This document shows, piece after piece, positions 51,007 through 60,156 of a stretch of 64,000 nucleotides of DNA (its first letter is position 1; each line of letters begins with the position of its first letter). A program made the translations under genes and the position numbers. Origin of the DNA: Marsupella aquatica (lineage: Eukaryota > Plantae > Marchantiophyta); contig OZ316899.1 of assembly GCA_973895155.1 (NCBI GenBank), positions 4,095,241 through 4,159,240 on the forward strand. The letters are read 5' to 3'. Below the pieces are notes generated by a model. That model ran no database searches, was not told the DNA's origin, and saw only the letters and a list, made by a program, of their open reading frames with translations.

Positions 51007-51962
51007 AAACAAAGGCACACTTTTGCGGGGTAGCAACAACCATGAGGGACTCCCATATCTCCTTCTTTTCTTCCAAAGACATTTCCTCAATTGAATCCTC
51101 ATAGAGGGCATTGGTTAAAGAGTCGGTCGCTGCATTCTTTATCCCTGTTGGCGTAGCTCATGGATTTGCTTGGCATTCCTTTGCTAGGTGAGTCTTTGCT
51201 ACCTTTTCAACTTCTTTGGACCACACCCGATGACTAGGATGGTTATGAAATCCCATGTGCACAGCCAGCCAAGACATGTGCGCCAAATGTGTTGCATCCA
51301 CTTTGGCTGAAGGATACATATAGAACATCATTGTCGGACACGACCTCGTACACATCCGAGGTTCAGAGCAATGGTGACAGACAATACCACCTTGTGGGAT
51401 AAGTTCTCCAACTCAAAATGGTCCTGAGAGTTTAGGTGTTCTTGCCCAAACCTGGTTGTTCCTAGTCTTCTTGTCTCTCTAGAAATGACAAGAGTTGTTC
51501 AAGCAAACCCGTACACTGAACCTTTCCAAAATCCCACATCTTCTTTGGCAAAACATTCAAAGATGTTTTGACAATGCATGTCCAATAATAGCAATCCTTC
51601 CCGCGGTCCATGTCTTTAAGCTATTCTTTCAAGTTCACGCAATTGACAGGAGACACCTCAAACACAATGTTGTCCTTGTACGTCATCGGTAGCCTTGGAA
51701 CAATCTCATGCGTGAAATCCTTGTCCCTAATGAAACAAGATAACTTGTTGTATCCTTTCAATTTTAGGATAGTGTCCATAGCACTTTGCCGATACACAAC
51801 TGGACCTTCGCAAACCTCCATCTTCATGACCAAGGGATACGCCGGAACCCTTTCAGGGGCCTCTGTTGGAAGGGGTGAATTTCTCCCCTCGCCTTTCGAA
51901 GTGTCCGAGATGTTGACAACATCAACATTACCAAAACCGGCCATGGATCTGCCGATGCTTGA

Positions 51963-52293
51963 GGGGTATGGCGCGCGTGACAGTAAACAGGAAATAGGTT
52001 TATTGGTACCAGGAAAATTTTTCCTGTTACCAGCATAAAGTTACTGTTACCAGGAAAAATAACCATGTCAAAATATTTTCTAAAAAGTCTCATTTTCCAA
52101 AAAAATCTAAGTTATAACATTTGTTGGCTGGCTTTGGGTGCTAGCAAACATAAATAAAATTTTGAAAAAAAACTTTTTTATCTCCCAAAATTATTTTTTT
52201 AAAATTTTTATAAAAAAATTACCACTCACTTTCCTGTTACCAGTTTCTGTTTTCTATTACTATTTGCTGTTTTCTATCGTTTGTAAATACCCC
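51963..52293. mobile_element. MITE (331 bp) inserted in the MULE's own minus-strand gene
   Basis: GGGGTAT..ATACCCC termini; perfect 8-bp TSD ATGCTTGA (51955-51962, 52294-52301). Confidence 0.92.
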
Positions 52294-53238
52294 ATGCTTG
52301 AGTATCTTCCAAAACAAAGACCTCATATACTTTATCTGGGTACATCATCCAAAATCTAAGACCATCAACAACATCGTAGAATATCTCACTTCCCTTCAAA
52401 TTCTTAGGGACAAGAGACACTGAGAGAATAGACTCTTTTACAACATCAAATCTTATCCCCAAGTATTCATTGAAAACCCTTTTTGACTGAGATTTTGTGG
52501 AAACGGTAATTGTGATGATATCCCGCATGTACTTGCGTGTGACAATGATTGCTTGACCCATGTCACCGAAAGAGAATATATAATGGATGCCAAACTCCCC
52601 CTCAATCTATTTATGGCCATTTTGCTCTACCGGGTTGATAACAACATTATAAACGTTAATGATAAAGTAAGATACGTTAAGTGTTTGGACGATGTGTATC
52701 AATTGAGTTTTGTCATTTGTCAACAGCTGGATTGAAGCAACCGGCTGGTCTGAAGTTTAATAGCGCCAGACGCTACTTTTATAGAAGTAGAACAAGTGAA
52801 CAAGGGAAGCGTGAATGTGGACCCCATATAATAGCGCCTGACGCTACTTTAACGGAGGGGAGGCAAATCTGACCTCGGAATAATAGCGCTTGGCGCTATC
52901 AATTATTATCCATAATTTTTAACTCCAACACCCAACAGGACATCCTGGCATCCGTCCAAATACACACGTGTGCATTAAAATTTCCACGCTCACAAGATCT
53001 GAAAATGCACGAACGCATCTGAGGCGTCTATCACATGATTGGAAAAAATTACATCTAGGATGTCCATCCGGGTTTAAAACGTACACATTTCTCTTGCCAA
53101 AACAACGCTGGCAAGATTGCTTGCCTTCATTTGTCATTCTTCACTCTCAGTGATTTTCTTGCGCTCCCGCCTCCGGTTTTTGTCTCAAAAGTGTTCCATT
53201 CTTCACTTGATATTCCAAAGTTCCTTGTTGAAGTTGTC

Positions 53239-56200
53239 ATGGCTCTACCTTAAGCCAAGGGGAAGGAGCAGGTTGTAGTCCTCAGTGACAACGATGGAGA
53301 GACTGTCATAGTGAAGTCTCAAGCTAGGCCTCCCACCCAATCCTCTCAACAATTGTCAGTCCCGATATCGACAAAGTCTCAAGCTAGGCCTCCCACTCAA
53401 TCTTCTCGACAGTTGTTAGTCCCATTATGGGCCAAGGGGAAAGTGATCTCAAAGAGCCAATCTAGTGGAGTCCCACCAGAGGGACCTCTTCACTCAAAAG
53501 TAGCAGTTCAACCCGCCTCCCATAAATCTTTGGTCTCGTCGGCAAAGCTTTCTACTTCGCATCTATCACCTGGACCGCCGACCAGTTCTTCAAGTAAGAG
53601 CAAAGGCAACGACAATGCCTCGGGGACCAATGACAACTTGTTTGCAGTCAAGGAGGGCTTCGCTGGGGTGTTGGTTCAAGCAACTCCAACCACGACTCTG
53701 ACGCTTACAAGCCAAGTTGGTGGGAAGATTGAATGAACACAACGACATCTGTGCCTGCATCAAGCAACCAAATGAAGTAGTCTGTTGTAGACATCCACCA
53801 CCATTTTCTTGCAGTAGCCACTCATTGTAATCGTCACTCTTTTGGTAGTAAGGTAGTGATGGAATGTAGAGGGAGATTTCTCCCCAATTTTTGACAAAGC
53901 TTCAGGTGGACGCTGGGCTGTTTATGTTCTCATTGGAATAACTTATGTCTAATGAATTGGAGTTCAGTGTCGTTTGTTCATCCCTTTTACAAAGTTTGTA
54001 TGAATTAGTGCAGGTTATTGTAAGTTGTATATTATGAGAATTTGTCTCTCACAGGCGCAAAACTGTCAGAAGTCTTCAAAAGGCTTCCAACGATGGCTGT
54101 CGGTGTAAACTCAAACCCTAAACAAGTTTCATAATAGCGCTTGATGCTAGCATTGAAATGCTCAAAAATTATCCTTCCCGTACCCGATTCATTCTCAAAA
54201 TATTATTGGATATGCATGAATTTGGGTGATGCTTGAGTGATGTTTGAGTGAATTTGGGTGATGTTTGAGTGAATTTATGATAGCGTCAAGCGCAAGTATA
54301 ATTTTAAGGATAAATTGTTGCAAATACTATGATTTGCGTCCTCCTTGAGCAAAATCCCTCGTGATTTTGTAAAAACTCATGAGTGATGGATTTGTTAGCG
54401 CTCGGCGCTATTCAAATCACAAGTTTAATTTGATTGATATACAATTCTTTTTTATAGCGCTTGACACTATTAATGAGGTCCAACCGGTCAATGGTCATAT
54501 TTTTAATGGTAACATTCAAGATTATTGGATACGTTGCCAAAATTTGGCGCAATCAATTGTCCAATGAGAATCTGCCAAGTGTTTTGCTCCGTTGGTGTTA
54601 TGGTTAAACACTATTATGGGGTCCTTGGGACTACATCTCTTAACCCTTTGCTGGGACTTTGCGCTTGTGGGAGATATGTAATTTGGCATACCTGCCCCTT
54701 GCAGCAGCCCGTTTGACCGTGACATTCTGTACTTGAGTTTGTTACTCCGCACTGACTCAAGGGCTCAGGGCAAGGCTCAGGAGCGTATGACATTGTCTGA
54801 CGTTCTGATCAACGTCGCCACCATCTCTCTATTGGGTAATACAAGGATGGGAGATAATCATGCCGGTCATTCCGAGTCCTCACAACCCTCTTTTTTAGGC
54901 TCTGTGTACACCCATTGCAAGACTCGATCGGCTGCATCTCAGCCATATTCAGACTTTGGCTCAACTCTTCCAACCGCGCAATCAAGAAGGGGAAGAATGG
55001 ACATAGCAAAGGATGTCGCAGGGTTGATTTCAGTGTTGTTGGACTTTTGATGGACGATTACATCTAGAAGCATGTTTTATCCGTTGGGAAAGATTTCCGG
55101 GGATTGGAGAAGGAGCCTCCATAAATTCCTCTTTGTCAATTGCTTCCTATGGAAATTGTGCGGACATTGTAGAAGTAGAGCGCCTCCATCGACAAGTTGA
55201 AGGAGTCATTCCGGATTTTTGGATACAATTCACAAATGGGAATGCCATTCTACGTTCAGCCAACAAATGTAGATGGGGTTCCACAAATTTGTACTAATGA
55301 GATTCAAGCCTCTTGGGATCCAATCTGGGTGGCCAAGAATGATAAGTTTGAGGAAGAGTGTGACGCTAATCCGGATTTCAAGGTTTTGAAGGACAAGATG
55401 TTTTGTATCTTTGATGGAAATCACCATTTGTATTTGTGGTAGATGTGACAGTAGAGTACCCTAACAACATTAAGTACCACCCTCGTGTGACTTGCATTAT
55501 AATTTCCAATGGAGATAAGGGTTCCTGTGGAGCTCGAGGCTGCCATGGACGCTATTTACCAGTAAGTCTCATTCATGTATTGTTCAGGACAGTCTCATTT
55601 AATCTGACGTACATGTTCACGTCAAGTTTTGATGTGATATTATCTTTGGCATTTTACTAGCGCCTAATGCTACTAATTTCCATGTTAATTTCCACGTAGG
55701 TTGGGACAAGCTGTCGTGGAGCCCTCTTGGATTCTTGATGCAGACAAAATTTCTCAGCTTTTATCGCACGATCTTGAGCACTACAAACCCCTCATTGATG
55801 CTATGAGTTTTGCAAAGTTTGAAGCATTCGAAAGAAGACTCGTAAGGGTTCTTGGTATACACACAAGATGCCACAAGATGCGCTCATCTACATTTTGTGT
55901 GAGAACAAGATTAAATCTAACTTACACAAACCAGTTCAAAGTGGATATGGATTTTGCAGCTGCCTAGGGGACTCCGTGGTCAGAAGAGGAGACGCAGGAT
56001 AGGCATGAAGCTATGATGAAGGAAGCAACAAAATTCTGGGCAATCAAAGTAACAAAGATCACTCCATTACTCCACCCTGATTTTGGTGACTACTTGGGCA
56101 CATGTGCTGAAATGTTTCCCGCGACAGAGAAGAACAAAAGAGAAAAGAAACTTGATATAGTTGTTTGCACTATGGATTGCGCTTGCCTGTTTACTGCAAT

Positions 56201-58860
56201 GACTTATCTTGATCCAAAGTTAAGGTGCACCCTTCTTGTCGCCCATTGTACTCCTGAGATTCGGAAACAGTTCTTCCATCCGGCTAGTGTGAACGACGAT
56301 CCTATAAAATAGTGGTGCGATGCCTGGCATATCTGGAATTTTGTGGAGGAAATTGCTACTGGATTGATCCTTACCTCTCTAGAGTAGGTTTTGGACCGGA
56401 TGCCAGATGATCATCTCACAAAGTCTGGTTGTGACTCCCTGGATGTTCTCATGACGTCCATTATTGAAGAATTCAAAACATTTGGAGATCTTGTGAAGGC
56501 CAAAATTTTCAATATAATGTGACCGTCAAAATTCGCAGGCAAGGAGGACTACACTGAACGGAACCGGAAACAAGCCAAACGATATGTTACCATTTCTATA
56601 TGTGGATGGAGTTGCAATCTCCAGAGGTTTTGTGGGCTTACCCGGGTGCATTTTAAAAGTGGGTGATGATCAAAGATGGTGACCATCTTGTTTGACATGT
56701 ATTTGATAGACCCGGATGAGGAAAAATTTCCACCACGTGCCTTGTCAGAGTGGGAGAGGCTCCACTGCCCATGGTATTTAGACACCGACAGATGCGATCT
56801 GCCTTTTGACAAGGCGGAGAAAGATGCTTTCATGAAGTTGCAAAGTTGCAAATCCCAGCAAGGTATGTCTCGGAGATGAAGCAGGGTCTTGAGATTGAAG
56901 TGGACTCTTAGACAATGGAGTTGTAGAAGAAGTGCAAGACTATGGTCGTGCATGTTGACCATAGCCAAAAGCCAAGAGTGAAGACCAAGAATGAATCTGC
57001 AGCTCCAAGTGAATCAACTTGGTCTCTTAAAAGAAGCAAGTACCCCCGATAGCCCTTAGTTAGCGATTGGCGTTGTTATTCATATGAGAGATTCAGATCC
57101 CTATTGATACTAGCGCCGAGCGCTATTACTACAACCAATTCAATTACTAACATATCTCTATCTTTCAGGGGGAAGAAAGTCGGATGCCACCACTGATGCA
57201 AAGGATGACGCTACTCCTCAAGCATCTGAAGCTAACACTAGTGCGAAAAATACACCAGATCCGGGAACCCCTGGGGAGAGTGAAAAGGCAATGGTTTGTG
57301 TGGATGCCACAAGTATGAAGAAGAAGAAAAAGAGAGGCCCAATTGATGACAGGCTTGGATCTTCTTCTTGTGATTCAATTGCTTCAACCGGATTGCAGAG
57401 AGATGTAGGGAATTTCAAACAAAAGTGCACTCAACATTGTTTTGTCGAGTTGAGTGTTACAAAATGTTTTGATTCCTTGTTTAACAAGGGAGAAAAACCA
57501 GATTGGGTTTCTACTATTGAAGGTTGTGGGAAAGAGCTTGTGAAGTCTGGTGATCAAGCAAAAGGGGTTGTCCAAGGGGGAAAGGAAAGAGGTGCCAAGA
57601 CAATGGATCCTTTCCTGGTAGATGATGGATTGCTGGCAATTTTGCAGAGGGGCGACTATGACCAAGTATGTGAAGTCATTGCAGCTTGCCAAGATTCAAA
57701 GAAATTTCAGTGTATCTTGACACACAATGTTGTGATGGGCACCCCAATGTACAGGCGTCGCTCGGATATTCAGGTACGATAGAGATGTCTCCTCTTTATA
57801 ATAGCGTCGGGCACTACTAAGAGATTTTGGTTTTGTGTTGTCCTTTTGCGAGTGAAGGGGACGCTAGCACCAAGCGCTAGTATCAACATCCTCTCGATGA
57901 AAGGTTTGTGTATTATCCAAGTAGTGTCTGATGTTATACTGATCAAAATGTAATTTATTGTGCAGATTTTTACGCTTACTCTCAATGTTTTTGGACGTGT
58001 TTCGTCCAAAAGGATCCCAAATTTTGGCCCCTTTCACATATAGAGGATCCTTCAATAACCAATCTCATTGGTTTTCCCATTCCCAAAAATGATCCTCTTC
58101 CGGAGCTAGCGTTTGCTGGTGATTCAAGTCTGCCTATGGTTTCATGCAGTCAATTTTAGAATTAACTACCCTTCCTGGGGATATTGTCATGGACTGGATA
58201 GTTGGGGCCGGGAGTACATATATTTGTTGCTGGAGATCATTGTGGGCGATTTGTAGTTGGGATTGAAAATCAGAAGGAGTTTCTTGACATTGCCACAAAA
58301 GTTTTCTTCGGACATCTAGAGAACAAAGAAGCCTCCACGTCCTTGCCTCTACATAGGCAGGTGGGAAGTAAGAAGCATGACAGACTCCATGTTGTTCTTT
58401 ATTTTGATTTTGACAAGGATAATGATGGAGGCAACGATACTCAATAGTCCAAAGATGATGGGGCCTCAAAGAATGTGGTGCACATTGGATCTTCTGAATC
58501 TGATGATAGTGAAGAGTCTTCTGAGTAATGATCTTCAACTTCCCTGTCTATCTTTTAACCTTTTAAGTGTTATGTTAGTGTCTCCAGAATTCCACCATTT
58601 TCCAGGATCCGACTAAAGAAATTGGATTCAACTTGCCAGGTCTGAGTGGAATCTTTGGAAGCACTTTCAATTGCGAAGGAAAGTTGCTAGGAATGTAATA
58701 GAAACCCCGGAGAAGCCATTTGTCCTGCCTTCTTATGTTGAAAAGGCGGCTCAAAAGGCAGATTCTGTTAGAATATTGACTTGGGAAAGTAAAGGCCTCA
58801 GGCTCAAAAGGGGCCCGGATAGACATTGCGCAGAGCAAGTATGTAGACGACAAAGCTAAG
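53239..58860 (+). pseudogene. Multi-exon cargo gene: low-complexity N-terminus, ParB-like domain, beta-class amino-methyltransferase-like domain
   Basis: ATG 53239. VRTL..DKLKESFRIFGY..KMFCIFDGNHH (55413-55427). FMQSILELTTLPGDIVMDWIVGAGST/FVAGDHCGRFVVGIENQKEF (58141-58285, one frameshift). GT-AG introns at 55562-55699, 57040-57168 (tactaac branch) and 57774-57965. Confidence 0.75.
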
Positions 58861-59497
58861 TCTACTGATAGATCACAAAGTAGTGAAGAAGAATAAGAAC
58901 TAGATACAAGTGATTCAAAATCTGATGTCTAGCTATACTTTTAAAATAGTTATTGGATATATGTTATGGCTATTTTACAAATTAGCGCCTGGCGCTATTG
59001 TGAGCACATGTAATTTTGATGGGTGTTTATAATGGGAGACATGTCATGTCCATATTTTTTGTTCAACTCTAACTTCCTTTGGGAAGAGGAGAATCTCAAC
59101 TTGGAACGCATTGTAATTTGGTGATATTTGAATGCGGATGCCCCCCTTCACTATTTTTCATAAATTGACATCACATAGTCTGTAATTGAAGTCTGTTATT
59201 TTAGCTATGTTGTTGAGTTGTATACTAGCACCAGGCGCTAGTATACAAATCTTCTTCGACATACATTGTGCATAGAGATGGGTCGATTTAGATTCTGCTT
59301 TTTGTAGGGCTGTTTAACTACTGTAGTGTTGGGTGCTAGTATCACGACGTGTTTTAAGATATGGGATATTAGAGGTTTCAATGTTATTTTGTGAAAGATG
59401 GAGGTGACCTAGAGGATTGTTTAGAGCATACATTAATTTGCTGTTATGAGCTTTACTGTTTGCTATTTTGCTGTCATGGTGAAAAGCCTCTTTGGCC

Positions 59498-60156
59498 AAG
59501 GGATGCAAATTTTAGGGTGACATCCTTGGCTAAGTGTCTTCAAGATCTTGAAAATTTTAATGGCGACAAGACAAGTGACATGTTGGATGTCATTTCTTGG
59601 ACACCTAATAGACCTTTTTTTCAAGCCCTTCTTAAAAGGATATTTGGAACCAATGAGTATTCCAATGAACAGGTATATTGGTTCTGAAGATACAATTGAG
59701 AATTAGACAGAGATCATCTCCATGCAATGTGATGAGGATCATGGAGGGGACATGCATGGGGAACAAGGCAGTCCATCTTTCAAGCCCTTGCCAATGCACC
59801 TAAATTGCAAATGAATAATTCAGCAAATGATAACAAAATCTAGATTGTCATGGGATTTTGTAGTGAGCTTGTGAGTAGAGGAGTATTTGAAATTGTTCAA
59901 ATGTCTTTTCTAATGGTTGGTCATACGCAAAAAGATGTTGATGAATTGTTTTGAAAGATATCATATCAAGCTCAACACAAGGAAGTTGCAACTCTCCATG
60001 CTCTTATGGTAGAGGTTTGGGAATGTGAGAGCATTCATCCAATTCAAGATCCAATTCCCAAATACAAGAAGTTGCATCTTAAAAATAATATCTTTAAACT
60101 TTCAAGGTGATATTCAAGGTCACTCAAAACCCGTATCATTTTTTTCTCTATGAGAC
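59498..60156 (+). pseudogene. Sola-like transposase copy 2, fragment 3 (catalytic D2 and third acidic residue region)
   Basis: QDLENFNGDKT, LQMNNSANDNK, FCSELVSRGVFEIVQMSFLMVGHTQKDVD and EVWECE match element 1. Confidence 0.88.

Larger units (their letters stand above)
48871..51010 (+). mobile_element. Family A LTR copy 3, truncated at both ends
   Basis: Homologous to copy 1 from ~16246 onward; contains a MITE and an expanded simple repeat. Confidence 0.85.
48215..52561 (-). pseudogene. Probable MULE-type transposase gene remnant (WRKY/GCM1-like Zn finger, Cys/His-rich C-terminus); central part replaced by LTR A fragment
   Basis: Manual translation MDRGKDCYYW..VQCTG..VCHHCSEPRMCTRSC..YMY..HMGFHNHP at 51200-51610; C-terminal IWF..IPNVPPVLPIVRGT and RCP..KC..C..YC..HEH. 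DDE core not seen. Confidence 0.55.
47894..59240. repeat. Dispersed 15-bp palindrome TAGCGC-N3-GCGCTA, about 15 copies
   Basis: Copies at 47894, 52761, 52832, 52884, 54135, 54281, 54396, 54455, 55658, 57061, 57111, 57802, 57865, 58983 and 59226, plus degenerate copies in the MITEs (33098, 49677). Confidence 0.9.
47550..59489. mobile_element. 11.9-kb Mutator-like (MULE) DNA transposon with ParB/methyltransferase-like cargo
   Basis: Perfect 8-bp TSD CTTTGGCC (47542-47549, 59490-59497); imperfect TIRs (agggtatgaccatcgtgaca / tgtcatggtgaaaagcct). Removing it restores the host transposase frame VIGLW|PRDANF. Superfamily inferred from TSD, G-rich ends and GCM1-like finger. Confidence 0.88.

Noticed and set aside
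50479-51104. Cys-rich ORFs (metallothionein- or keratin-like)
   Set aside because: Translation artefact of the simple repeat; the same applies to 32200-32532.
59391-59489. N-terminal part of ORF 59391-59687 as transposase sequence
   Set aside because: It is read through the MULE right TIR; homology to the transposase starts only after the TSD.
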